Notes: generated by a model from the sequence alone, not told the origin. A stretch of DNA of 64,000 nucleotides from Eledone cirrhosa (GCA_964016885.1 OZ024749.1:6262001-6326000); one strand, 5' to 3'; shown: positions 13,556 through 26,817, counted from the first letter of the stretch. Translations and numbers: made by a program.

Positions 13556-14214
13556 AAACCCTCCAGAAAGGACTTCAAAGATAAGATCAATGCAACAGTG
13601 GAATGTTGAATGTGTCATCATTAATTGGGGGTTGATGAATACAAAATGATGCGGGGGAGGGGGGGTAGTGGTGGTGGTGGTGGTGGTGTTTCAGGTGGTA
13701 GTGGTAGTGGCAGGCAGTAGTAATAGTAGTGGTTGTGGTGGTAGTGATGGTAGTGGTGCTGGTGGTAGTGATGGCAGTAGTGGTGGTGGTAGTAGTAGTA
13801 GTAGTGGTACTGGTAGTAATAGTAGCAGTGGTGGGGCTGGTGGTGGTATTAGTAGTAGTGGTGCTGGCGGTGTAGTAGTAGTAGCAGCAGTAGTAATAGC
13901 AGCAGCTTAGAAGAATTTTGACAGGAATATTTCTGGTGACAGAAATCAGATTATGGAAATGTGAGTGAGAAAGGGGTAAGAGAGGGGAAGGAAGAAGAAG
14001 GAGAGAGAGAAAAGAAGAAAAAGTGATGGAGAGAGAGAGATAGAGAGAGAGAGGGGGGGAGAGATAGAGGGGGGGGGGGAACTATCAATTGAATGAATAT
14101 GTATCTCATTATTGATAAAGACTTTTCAGAAACAATAAGAAGAAATGCTACACACACACACGCATACACACACATACATCAACATCATCATCATCATCGT
14201 TATCGTTATCGTCA

Positions 14215-14690
14215 TCATCATCATCGTTTAACGTCTATCTTCCACGCTAGCATGTGTTTAGACGGGAATTGTCCCACGTGAGGCAAGATTGGTTGTCTCA
14301 CTCGCATAGGACTGTCTGGCGGTTTTTTTTTTACGGCTGGATGCCCTTCCTAACACCAACCACGTTTACAGTGTCAACTGGGAGGTTTTTACCGTGTTAC
14401 CTACACTGCGACATTACATGTTGACTGTGTGTTTTTTTTTTGTCGTGACACCTACACAACCTCATTTATTTAGGACTGGATGTTGTGGCACCAACATAAC
14501 TTTACAGGAAAAGCGGTGGTGTAGATGGGAGTGGGGGTAGGGGTATTTGGATGGGTTTGTATTTTTGGTTAATGGGGTGTCTACTGACTTTAGCTTTCGC
14601 TTTGTACTTAGGCAAGGCAGATTTTCTGTATTACTGCGTAGCGCCAAAGATCTCGGTCCAGTGACATTGTCTTAGAGAGGTGTAAGTGTG
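14215..14690 (-). mobile_element. RTE LINE subfamily-2 3' end
   Basis: Reverse complement of 39275-39750 and 27487-28055; (cat)n at the left end. Confidence 0.8.
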
Positions 14691-14792
14691 TGAGGTCGGA
14701 ATTTATCAAGTCGTCCCAGGTTTATTTTGGGCCTGCCTACTCCGTAGCTACCATCTATTTTGATCACCCTGCACTTTTTTTATACAGCTGTC

Positions 14793-14847
<55 letters not shown>

Positions 14848-14853
14848 TATATG

Positions 14854-14905
<52 letters not shown>

Positions 14906-15498
14906 CATATGTGTGTGTGTGTGTATATATATATGCGTGTGTGTGTGTATATGTATATATATATATATATATAGTGTATGTGTGTGTATATATGTATATA
15001 TATATATATATATATATACACATAAGAAAGATTTCCATAAGCTGTTGAACTAACACTACATGTGTGTGTGTGTGTGTGTGTATGTGTGTATGTGTGTGAG
15101 TACCTGTGTATTGTATACGTGTGCCTCTGTTTGCCGAGTGTATGGTTAAGAAAAGAAAAACATCTGAAATAATATAACATGATAATCAAAATTCTTTAGG
15201 ATGTGACATCAAGAGATGAAAAGATTGGAACACGATCGATTTAAAAAAAGTATCTCATAAGATCCTAGCTTCTCAGAAAAACCCACTGTAATGTCTGATC
15301 ATATTTGGAGCCACAAGGATCACTTTTCTTCTGGATTTTTTACAGATTTCTTTCAAGGCAAGGTAACAAAAAATAGACATCTCACTCCAGCTGTCTTGTA
15401 GTTGTTGTAGTTGTTGTTGTTGGTTGTGTTGTTATGGTTCGAGTGTGTACAGGTATTGTCAGCCTCTTATATGGTTGTATGTCATAGAAGGTTTATAA

Positions 15499-16269
15499 CA
15501 AGAGGTTCTCAAACGTTTTAAGCCACTCCCCATCTCATGGCTACATAACACCCTCAGCGCCCCCGACCCTATTTCCAGAAAGATCCGTCTACACACAAAT
15601 TGGAAATAATTTACCATATTTCCCGGCATCGGAGATGCTACTTTTTTCATAAAATAAGTCTCAAAAATCAACCATGCATCCTCGAAAGTTGTCAATATTA
15701 GGGGGCATCCTCGAGGACAAAGCGTCTTCAGCACAGGGATATACAGTATATATATATATATACTATGATTCCAGTTCCTCAGTGAAATAACAACCCAGCA
15801 AGGAACTGGGCATATCAGAGTATTGACAATATTATACACCTCAACAACATATGTACTTGTCTATACCACACTAATTCAAACTGCCTGAAGAGGTCACAGC
15901 CAAAGATGGCTGTCACTGAAATATATATATAGCAGTAATAAACGAAGCTAAATTTTAAACATTTGACTTTTTATTTAACTTTATTTTACATTACTCCGGA
16001 GTAACCAAACCAACCTGCGCACACCGTCGAGTGCTCCAGCCTGCATACTGAGGTGTTGGTATACAACCAACATATACTCAAAATATATATATACTATGTA
16101 TAGATAAATATATATATTTTTTTATTTTACTATATTTATAAATAATATGTATCATTTGATATTTAATATACTATTATATCATCTCTACCGCCCCCTTAGG
16201 CCCCAGCACCCCCTGAATCTTCTCACCCCCACCCCCAGGGGGTGGTAGCACCCACTTTGAGAACCTCTG
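15499..16269. mobile_element. hAT/Charlie-like MITE with nested hammerhead module
   Basis: TIRs ca(a)gaggttctcaaa / tttgagaacctctg; 8-bp flanks gtttataa and gtttatat (7 of 8 match). Confidence 0.7.
15880..15936 (+). ncRNA. Type I hammerhead ribozyme, family D
   Basis: actgc-CTGAAGA(15885-15891)-ggtcacagcc aaagat ggctgtcact-GAAA(15918-15921)-tatatata-TA-gcagt. Confidence 0.85.
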
Positions 16270-16715
16270 GTTTATATCATGTCACCAATATCTTTTTTTA
16301 AACCTGGCATGTTCAGAACAAGGACTAATCAAATATGCAATGATTAAAGATCTTCCACTGTTGATCATTCTATCTTTTATGAATCATAGAGTATCAAGGA
16401 TTACACTAACCAATGTGTAGTTCCTGTTTTGAAAAGAGGATGTGATTTGAAATAAATTTGGCTGCCATTTCTAGCAGACCTAGCGACCACTTCAGGGTCT
16501 CTAACCTTTAACAGTTACTAATGATAGCAAGCATCTGTGGACAAAGTGAATATAAGATTAGCTGAAGGGGTTGAGAGGTTTTCTTCTTAGACTCCTGGCT
16601 TCAATACACATGTATGGCATCTTTAGTGAATATCTTTGACTACAGCATCAGATCAAACAAACTTTTTTTAATGAAATTGGGCAAACAGAAGCTATGTGGA
16701 AGCCCATTAGATGGA

Positions 16716-16932
16716 CTAGCAGAAAAACCACCCTTCGGGTAGTTTTCTACTTGCATGTGTCGTGTGTATATTGATATTATACGCAAGTATATATACATGT
16801 AGATATGATACATCAAATAAAATCGTAATTGACAATATACACAGAAATTGAACGAAGACTGCGTTACACTGTCTTATGTAATCAGTAACGTAATCCATGA
16901 TACATTAAAAAAAAGACGATATTATATATAAA
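16716..16932 (-). mobile_element. Short non-autonomous Helitron
   Basis: Minus-strand 3' end: hairpin ctaccc-gaa-gggtgg, 8 nt, CTAG|T; the 5' end resembles a degenerate TCTATATATAAT. Confidence 0.55.
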
Positions 16933-17034
16933 CTGCATTAGGAGAAAATTAGAGACAGAAAATGAATATGTTTATTTAAGCGATCGCCACTGGAAGTGTT
17001 GACATTTGAAAATTTTAAAGAAGTGAATCTTTAA

Positions 17035-17222
17035 ATAAATAATAAAATATATTTAATGAACAGCCACGAAATTCAGTAGATAAACTATGTAATATTCATT
17101 CATTCTGAGTTCAAATCCCGCCGAGGTTAACTTTGCTTTTCATCCTTACGGGGTCGATAAAATAAAGTACCAGTAATGCACTGGATAATTGCTGGCCTTG
17201 TGCCTAAAGTAGAAACAATTAT
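17035..17222 (+). mobile_element. tRNA-derived SINE with Nin/Deu-like core (family S2)
   Basis: gagttcaaatccc B-box, core ctttcatccttacggggtcgataaaataaagtaccag, end ggccttgtgcctaaagtagaaac plus AT tail. Confidence 0.75.
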
Positions 17223-17560
17223 TTATTCAAAGTAATCCAACTTATTTTACTAATGGGATAACAAATTATAAACCATATGCAGTCCCACACTCCTTACTTT
17301 ATTATAGTTTAGATTGTTCTTGTAATGAAGAGAACCATTCTTCTCAGATATTGTTTTCAAGCTGATTCTGCCACAAAATTACTATAGGGGTACACAACTG
17401 AGTGGTACCCAGCTATTTATACTATTATAAAAGTCACATTGATTCTGCTAGAGAATTACATGAAGTGTACATATGTCTGTGGAATACTCAGCCACTAACA
17501 TATTCATTTAAGTGGCAGTGCTGGTGTACCTAGTACAATCTGTAAAGTGGCAGTACTGGT

Positions 17561-18440
17561 GCCATGATACAATGCACCTAGTACACTCTGGAAAGTGCTA
17601 GTTCTGGTGACATGGTCAACTGTATCAAGTACAGTATGTAAAGTGAAGTGATGGTGCCATGATACAATGCACCTAGTACACTCTGGAAAGTGCTAGTTCT
17701 GGTGACATGGTCAACTGTATCAAGTACAGTATGTAAAGTGAAGTGATGGTGCCATGATACAATGCACCTAGTACACTCTGGAAAGTGCTAGTTCTGGTGA
17801 CATGGTCAACTGTATCAAGTACAGTATGTAAAGTGAAGTGATGGTGCCATGATACAATGCACCTAGTACACTCTGGAAAGTGCTAGTTCTGGTGACATGG
17901 TCAACTGTATCAAGTACAGTATGTAAAGTGAAGTGATGGTGCCATGATACAATGCACCTAGTACACTCTGGAAAGTGCTAGTTCTGGTGACATGGTCAAC
18001 TGTATCAAGTACAGTATGTAAAGTGAAGTGATGGTGCCATGATACAATGCACCTAGTACACTCTGGAAAGTGCTAGTTCTGGTGACATGGTCAACTGTAT
18101 CAAGTACAGTATGTAAAGTGAAGTGATGGTGCCATGATACAATGCACCTAGTACACTCTGGAAAGTGCTAGTTCTGGTGACATGGTCAACTGTATCAAGT
18201 ACAGTATGTAAAGTGAAGTGATGGTGCCATGATACAATGCACCTAGTACACTCTGGAAAGTGCTAGTTCTGGTGACATGGTCAACTGTATCAAGTACAGT
18301 ATGTAAAGTGAAGTGATGGTGCCATGATACAATGCACCTAGTACACTCTGGAAAGTGCTAGTTCTGGTGACATGGTCAACTGTATCTAGTACACTCTGTA
18401 AAGTGAAGTGATGGTGCCATGATACAATGCACCTAGTACA
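17561..18440. repeat. 95-bp higher-order tandem array (dimer of ~47/48-bp modules), ~9 near-identical copies
   Basis: gccatgatac recurs at 17561, 17656, 17751, 17846 through 18416; grades into monomers and an RTE-type tail with (gat)n near 18735. Confidence 0.95.
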
Positions 18441-18969
18441 GTCTTAGAGTGCTAGTGCTGATGCCATGATAAAATGCACCTAGCACACACTGGAAAGTGG
18501 CAGTGCTGGTGCCATGATACAATGCACCTAGCACACAGTGGAAAGTACTAGTGCTGGTGCCATGATAAAATACACCCAGTACACTCTGTAAAGTGTCAGT
18601 GCTGGTTGGAAATAGGAAGGGCACCCAGCCACAAAATCAACGTTTGATCTAGACATGGTTACATGAGCTGTCTGTCTATTGCTGAACCAGGGTAACATCA
18701 AATATATGCTAGCATGAAAAACGAATATAACATGATGATGATGATGATGATGATGATAATCACTAGTTATATCACAGGAGCCCTGGGGATATCATACGCT
18801 CAGTAGTTATATATCTCATGTAGAAGAGTTTTGTATCTCATGAATAATATTTATATCTCATACAGCAAATTTCTCCGATATTCTCCTTAGATATTTCTTG
18901 TTCATATATGTCATGTTAAATTGAGGATATTTGCAAAAAGAAAAAGAGAGAAACTATGCAGCATTATAT

Positions 18970-20040
18970 ATAATTGTTTCCACTTTTGGCACAAGGCCAT
19001 CAATTACCCAGTACATTACTGGTACTTTATTGTATCGACCCCGTAAGGATGAAAGGCAAAGTTAACCTCGGCGGGATTTGAGCTCAGATCATAAAGAGCC
19101 ATAACTCTATGCTGCAAATCATGGCGTCCAACCCTCTACCGATACTGCCAATCCACCGCCCTCATAATAAGAATGCTTCTACTTTGGGCACAAGGCCAGC
19201 AATTACCCAGTACATTACTGGTACTTTATTTTATCGACCCCGTAAGGATGAAAGGCAAAGTTAACCTCGGCGGGATTTGAACTCAGATCATAAAGGGACG
19301 TAACTATGCTGGAAAGCATGGTGGTCCGACCCTCTGCAGCATTATATATAATGAACACAGACAAGTATGTGTAGTGTACTACTACTACTACGGCTGCTAC
19401 TACTACTACTGCTGCTACTACTACTACTACTAATAATAATAATAATGGTTTCTTATATAGGCACAAGGCCAGTAATTTGGGGGGAGGGGAAAGTCGATTA
19501 AATCAACCCCAGTGCGTGACTGGTACTTTATTTTATTGACCCCATAAGGATGAAAGGCAAAGTTAACCTCGGCGGGATTTGAGCTCAGATCATAAAGGGA
19601 CGTAACTCTATGCTGCAAATCATGGCGTCCGACCCTCTACCGATACTGCCAATCCACTGCAATAATAATAATTGTTTCTACTTTGGGCACAAGGCCAGCT
19701 ATTACCCCAGTGTATTACTGGTACTTTATTTTATCGACCCCGTAAGGATGAAAGGCAAAGTTAACCTCGGCGGGATTTGAACTCAGATCATAAAGGGCCG
19801 TAACTCTTTGCTGCCAAACATGGTGTCCGACTCTCTACCGATACTGCCAATCCAAATGGTTTCTTATAAAGGCACAAGGCCAACAATTTTGGGGGTAAAG
19901 GGAAATGTGATTAAATCGACCCCGGTGCATTACTGGTACTTTATTTTACCAACCCCGTAAGAATGAGGGGCAAAGCTAACTTGAGGGCCGTAATTCTATG
20001 CTGCAAATCATGTTGCCCGACGTTCTACTGATACTGTCAA
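18970..20040 (-). mobile_element. Head-to-tail cluster of ~5 S2 SINEs
   Basis: Repeated ctggtactttattttatcgaccccgtaaggatgaaaggcaaagttaacctcggcgggatttga, separated by (taa)n. Confidence 0.85.
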
Positions 20041-20058
20041 ATAATAATAACATCAATA

Positions 20059-21850
20059 ATGAACACACTAGCCGTGAATAAATCAGCACCAACAATAAGA
20101 ACATTTATCAAGCATGCCATGAGTATGTGGCAAACAGTTCTGCAAATAGACAAGGAAGATAAAACTACAAAAACTGAGCCCATCCCAATCAACAGAGAGA
20201 TATTTCAAGGGGGCCCTTTATCACCATTGCTCTTCTGCTTAGCACTAACACCATTAACTGTGGCACTAAAACGAACTGGTCTAGGGTATAAATGTTACAA
20301 CAAGAAAATTAATCATCTCCTATATATGGATGATATAAAAATGTATGCTGGAAATGAAAGCAACTCAAAAATCTGCTACATACAGTACATGGATTCACAA
20401 AAGATATAGGCATGAAATTTGGAGTGAAAAATGTGCCAAGGCAATTCGGAAGAGTGGAAAACTAATGAAAATAACTAATATCATGTAAAATAAAGAAACA
20501 GCGATAAGAGAATTAGATCCAACACAAATATACAAATATTTAGGAACCAACAAATTAGATAGGATTCAACATACACAGATGAAAGAGATTAGAAAGGAAT
20601 ACTACAGATGGATTAGATTACTACTTAAAACTGAATTAAATGAGAAGAATAAGGTAATTAGAATCAACACTCTAACAATCCCAGTAGTAAGGTACAGCTT
20701 TAATATTCTGAACCTAGCTGGATTAGACAGAAAAACAAAAGAATGACTGCATTTGGAATAGATCTCAAATTGGATGTAGAAAGATTATACCTACCATGAA
20801 CACATGGTGCAGGGGGCCTTATGCAACTAAAAAAATGTTATGAAATAACTAGTGTTGTACTATAAAAAACTAACGAAGAACAAAGGAAAGTTAATAGAAA
20901 TAGCTATAAAATATGAACAAAACAAAATATTGGACTCAGTCTTTAAGGAGGCCAATAAATTCAAAACAGAAACCAGATTAACAGACAGCTGTGAGGAAGG
21001 TGAAAACAAACAAGAAACAACAGCAGAAATTGTGAAAAACCTAAAATAGAAACTGAAAAAACCCTCCAGAATGCCATGTTAAAATGAGGGCGAGAAAAAC
21101 CCTTACATTGCCAATACTTGAAAAAGCTTGAGAGGAAATAGACAAGCAAAACACACAAAACTGGCTACGAAGCACTGGATTGAAAGCTGAGATGGAAGAA
21201 TTTCTCGTTGCAGCACAAGACCAAAACCTCCCCAACAAAAACGACCAGAAGTATATAATGAAGCAGAACATAGTAACTGCAGAATATGTGGAGGGGGGAA
21301 AAAACAACCACATTATCTGTGGCTGTCCAGTCTTAGCCAAAAGGGAATATATCCACAGACATGACAGAGTAGGGACTTACATACACTGGAAGTTATGCCA
21401 ACATTATGGAATACCAACAGACGGTACAGATGGTACAGAAAGACACAAGAAAAGGTATCAGAGAATGACAAAGCCACCATACACTGTATATGCCAATACA
21501 TACAGACAGGGAGATCAAAGCCAAACAACCAGATAACAATATAAATTATTGAGTACAGTTCTCTGGTGCTCTAGAACTCCTAAAAAGGTATGATAGTCAA
21601 ATACTACAAAGAAAAAATGTTCTTCTAATTAATATATCAATCCCCACAGACGATAATATATCTACCAGGGAAATGGAAAAACTATCTAAATATAAATATC
21701 TAGAGATAGAAATAACCCAAATGTGGATGGCGAAGACAGACACAATACTTATTATAACAGGGTCTCTGGGAATGATATAAAAACAGACAGATACATAAGC
21801 AAAAGCCCAAGACTTACAAATATATACAGCATACAAAAGATAGCACTACC
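20059..21850 (+). pseudogene. Decayed R4/Dong-like non-LTR retrotransposon (RT plus restriction-like endonuclease)
   Basis: IFQGGPLSPLLFCLAL, INHLLYMDDIKMY, LVAAQDQ, HIICGCPVLAKREYIHRHDRVGTYIHWKLC, LINISIPTDDNISTREMEKLSKY; many stops and frameshifts; second small piece at ~22200-22320. Confidence 0.85.
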
Positions 21851-22029
21851 AGGGAGTGATCTGTGTTACAGTGAGCACTCTGAAAAGACAAAGTCAAGAG
21901 CACATCTCACAGGTCATTGCATCTTGTGAGGGTCAGATCTAGCAGTTGCCAGTGCCCTGAATGAAGTTAACGCCAGGAAAATTTGTGCTGAACTTCGGCC
22001 TGGAAATAGATGTTGGTGACACATAGTCC

Positions 22030-22730
22030 ATGAACTCAGACCGTAAAGGGATGCAACTCTATGCTTCAAAGCATGGTGCCCGACTCTCTACTGATACTGC
22101 CAATCCACCGTCCTATAATAATAATAATTGTTTCTACTTTTGGCACAAGGCCAGTGTATTACTGGTACTTTATTTTATAGACCCCGTAATGTCTTCTAAC
22201 TGATCTATCAATCTCTACAAACGACAATATATCTACCAAGGAAATGAAGAAACTATCCAAATATAAAAATCTAGAGATAGAAGTAACTCAAATGTGGAGG
22301 ATAAAAAGAGAAACACAATGCCTGGGTTTGTGCCTCAGAGGGGGACATTTTTAGGGGCAAAACCCATGGTCATTCATGACTGAAGGGGGACTTAATCCTA
22401 TATATATATGATAATAATAATTGTTTCTACTTTTGGCACCAGGCCACCGATTATCCAGTGAATTACTGGTACTTTATTTTATCGACCCCGTATGGATGAA
22501 AGGCAAAGTTAACCTCGACGGGATTTGAACTCAGACCGTAAAGGGACATAACTATGCTGGAAAGCATGGCGACTGACCCTCTACCAATACTGTCAATTCA
22601 TAAGTGTTTCTACTTTTGGCACAAGGCCAACAATTATCCCAGTGAATTACTGGTACTTTATTTTATCGACCCCGTAAGAATGAAAGGCAAAGTTAACCTC
22701 GGCAGGATTTGAAGTCAGACTGCAAAGGGC
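22030..22730 (-). mobile_element. Cluster of S2 SINE fragments
   Basis: Same core and tail as 18970-20040. Confidence 0.75.
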
Positions 22731-22754
22731 CGTATATATATATATATATATATG

Positions 22755-23270
22755 ATAATAATAATGTAAATTATTGTGTACATCGCTCAGGTGCACTACA
22801 ACTCATCAAAGGTGCATGTATAGTACATAGAATAAGGTACAAATATCAGGAAAGTGAACAGTGTATGAGTCATGATATACACACAGATACATGTGTGCGT
22901 GTGTTTGGAGGGGAGATATCAGGTGTAGTGTTGGCGAATTTCAGGAAACATGGAAGTTTTAAAGGATGTTATGTCCTCACAGCTAATAACAGATGCAGGT
23001 AGTTTGTTCCATGCTTCAGTAACTCTTAGCGTGAAAAAATGTTTCCGGAAGTCATGGGAGGTGTGTTGTTTTCTGACTTTGTGGGCATGCCCACGCGTGT
23101 TAGATACAGGGAATTCAAAAAGCTGCTCAGGGTTGTTGTTGGCAAGATGGTTAATAATTTTGAGAGTGTCTACCAAGTCTGTTGCCAGATGTCGGAGCTT
23201 TAATGTATCCATGCCCAGGGTAGCAAGGCATTCAGAGTATGGTAGATGCCTGATTATGCCAATTTGCCTG
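22755..23270 (-). mobile_element. CR1/L2-group LINE 3' end
   Basis: YSECLATLGMDTLKLR...DL...KII...NTRGHAHKV...RKHFFTLRVTEAWNKLPASVI...FK; stop at 22919, short 3'UTR and (tta)n tail. Confidence 0.85.
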
Positions 23271-23459
23271 TAGTGCTTTCTGAGTTTGTAAGAATGTCCA
23301 CTGGTGCTAGACATGTGTGTGAGTGTGTGTGTTTGCATGTGTGTGTGTTTACATGTGTGTGTGTGTTTGCATGTGTGTGTGTGTGTGTAATATACTCATA
23401 TAACAAAAAAGTTCTCACATATCTTACAATTATTTCTCCCTTATTTATAAAGTTGGGAT

Positions 23460-24460
23460 TAAATGGTGGAAGATAGTGGTTAGTTGGTGGTTGATGGTTA
23501 GTGGATATAAGATGACAGATGGTTGTTGGTAGTTGGTGGTGGGTGGTGAGTAGTGGTGGGTGGTGGTAGTTGGTAGGTGGTGGTAGTTGGTAGGTGGTGG
23601 TAGTTGGTAGGTGGTGGTGGGTGGTTGTTGGTGGTGGTGGTGGTTGGTAGTGGTGGTTGGTGGTAGTGGTTGGTGGTTGATGGTTAGTGGATATAAGATG
23701 ACAGATGGTTGTTGGTAGTTGGTGGTGGGTGGTGGGTGGTGGGTGGTGAGTAGTGGTGGGTGGTGGTAGTTGGTAGGTGGTGGTAGTTGGTAGGTGGTGG
23801 TGGTTGGTGGTGGTGGGTGGTTGTTGGTGGTGGTGGTGGTGGTTGGTGGTGGTGGTTGGTGGTGGTGGTTGGTGGGTGGTGGTGAGGGTTGGTGGTGGTG
23901 TGTGAGGTGGTGAGTGGTGGTTGGTGGTGGTGGTTGGTGGTGGTGGGTGGTGGGTGGTGGTGGGTGGTGGTGGTGGGTGGTGGTGGTTGGTGGTGGTTGG
24001 TGGGTGGTGGTGGTGAGAGGTGGTGGTGGTGAGAGGTGGTGGGTGGTGGTGGTGGTGGTTGGTGGTGGTGGTGTGAGGTGGTGGGTGGTGGTTGGTGGTG
24101 GTTGGTAGGTGGTTGGTGGGTGGTGGTGGTGGTGGTTGGTAGTGGTGGTGTGAGGTGGTAGGTGGTTGGTGGCGGTGGTTGGTGGTGGTGGTGGAGATAG
24201 ATGGCTGGTGGTAGTGATTGGGTGGTGGGTGGTGACGGGTGGTGGTGGTGGTGGTGGGTGGTAGGTGGCTGGTGGTAGATGGTGGTTGATGGTTAGTGGA
24301 TATAAAATGGCAGATGGTTGTTGAAGGTTGGTAGTTTGTGAATGATGGGAGGTGGTGGTTGGTGGCTGATGGATGGTGGTGGTTAGTAGCTGTTGGTTGG
24401 TGGCTGATGGATGGTGGCTGTTGGGTGGTGGGTGGGTGGTGGTTAGGTGGTGATGGTGTA
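23460..24460. repeat. (GGT)n/(GGTT) G-rich microsatellite with ~180-bp internal duplication
   Basis: Seen directly; gatggttagtggatataagatgacagatgg occurs twice. Confidence 0.9.
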
Positions 24461-24677
24461 AGAATTGGCAAGAACTGTTATCTTCTCTTTCAACTAACAC
24501 ACACATCAGACAAGTTTGTACTTTACTACAACACACAGAAATCACTAGCCACCAATAAAATCTAACTTTCTCTATGTAAAATATGTATGTGTAAGTGTGT
24601 GGATGTACATATACATGTGTGTGTGTGTGTAAGTGTGTGTATACACACACACACATATATATATATATGTGCGTGCG

Positions 24678-24717
<40 letters not shown>

Positions 24718-25080
24718 AGTGTGTTTCTATATATAAATATGTATGTGTGTGTGTGTGTGTGCATATATATGAATATGTGTGTGTGTTATCTCCTTTCATT
24801 TGAACCGACCCCTCTACCCCACTGTCAGGTTATAGTTATACCACAATAAGTTGAAAAAATCAGTTAGTAACCACCAGTGAAATCTCTAAGGGCCATCTCC
24901 TTCCACTCACTTGATGGATACAGCGTCTCACCTTAAACTCTCATAAATATATATTAAATAGGTCTGAAAAAAAATACCACCTTCAAATGTGTCATCATCA
25001 ATCAAAGATAAGTGTATGTATATAAGTGGAGATATGTATAAGTATATACATGCATATGTATGGCTATATATTTGTGCATG

Positions 25081-25119
<39 letters not shown>

Positions 25120-25144
25120 GGCTATATATTTGTGCATGTATATA

Positions 25145-25231
<87 letters not shown>

Positions 25232-25285
25232 AAATATGTATATGTATATACATATATAAATGTATATATAAATATAGATGTATAA

Positions 25286-25318
<33 letters not shown>

Positions 25319-25345
25319 AATGTATATATAAATATGGATGTATAA

Positions 25346-25387
<42 letters not shown>

Positions 25388-25478
25388 GTAAATGTATATA
25401 TAAATATAGATATATAAATGTGTGTATACATATATATATATATATATATAAATATATATATAAATATAGATATATAAA

Positions 25479-25515
<37 letters not shown>

Positions 25516-25520
<5 letters not shown>

Positions 25521-25637
25521 AACCAGTAAGACCCCGACGGCTGAGCTCAAGCCGTTTCGACGGCTAATTCTGGACTAGTCCAGAATTAGTCGTCGAAACG
25601 GCTTGAGCTCAGCTGTCGGGGTCTTACTGGTTCCTAT
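25516..25637. repeat. Spacer-less ~122-bp palindrome centred at 25576/25577
   Basis: ataggaaccagtaagacccc...tggact|agtcca...ggggtcttactggttcctat, with 2 mismatches seen. Confidence 0.95.
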
Positions 25638-25713
25638 TACCCACTCTACTACCCCAAGTATTGAGTACTTTGGTGCGTTAGGGTCCACCTGGTTCCTTAC
25701 CACATTTCCTTCG

Positions 25714-25765
<52 letters not shown>

Positions 25766-25768
25766 ATA

Positions 25769-25833
<65 letters not shown>

Positions 25834-25916
25834 ATATGTACATATATCTATATTTATACATTTATATATGCACATATATTTATATGAATACAAATATATC
25901 TATGATTATATACACA

Positions 25917-25951
<35 letters not shown>

Positions 25952-26349
25952 TCATATATATATATGCTGCTACACCGTCTTTTTTGTTCTATATATCTTT
26001 ACCCTTTCTAGCAGTCTCTCTCTCTGTTAGCCTCTTCCTCACCTCACCCTTCACTCACTCATTCTCTGTCACTACCTCTCCTCCTCCTCCTCTTTCTTCC
26101 TGTTTGACCTGTGAGTAACTCTTTTCTCTCACATTCTCGGCCAAGCTGGTCGGAATTTTTTCTCTCTCGTCCACGATTTCACAGAACTTATGTTTACCGA
26201 ATTCGCAGACCAGACCCCTTCTTCCTCCCGTTAGACCTGTGCGAAATTCCTTCCTTGCTCACATTTCAAACAGGTTTGATGGTCTTTATTCTCTCGTTCA
26301 CGATTTCACTGAACTTAAATTCATAGAAATCTGGGACTTGTCTCCTTAT

Positions 26350-26561
26350 TCCTCACTTTCCGTTGCCTCACCATTTTGTTTGTTTACCCTCGCGTCCCCT
26401 TTATTTACGTGTCCCAACGACTTTTTTTTTAGCCGTTGCTCGCACCAACCGGAGGTATATGGTCTTTAAAGCGATGAAATACCTATGATAGTTGGAAGAT
26501 CACTGATGAAGGACAAACTTTTTTCATATGTAACCCATTTGCAACTCCGCAGCGCCCTTAT

Positions 26562-26565
<4 letters not shown>
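26350..26565 (+). repeat. Unclassified dispersed repeat; second copy at 28633-28852
   Basis: Shared tcctcactt..cgttgc..tagccgttgctcgcaccaaccggaggtatatggtctttaaagcga..gatcactgatgaaggac..catatgtaacccatttgcaact; both end in (TA)n. Confidence 0.85.
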
Positions 26566-26597
<32 letters not shown>

Positions 26598-26817
26598 AAT
26601 TAAGTTAAAAATGTACATCCACATATGTATACTGAAATACTAGTATACATATGAATACACACACGTGTACATATGTAGATGTACCGAGTTTTCACTGGTC
26701 ACTTTACTGTGAGTGTCCAGCTATTCTGTATGTAAACACACAGACAAACCGGTTTTTAGAGTCATACTGGTTTTTGAGGAAACACCTTTCCTCTATTCTC
26801 CAGAAAGCCAGACAAGG

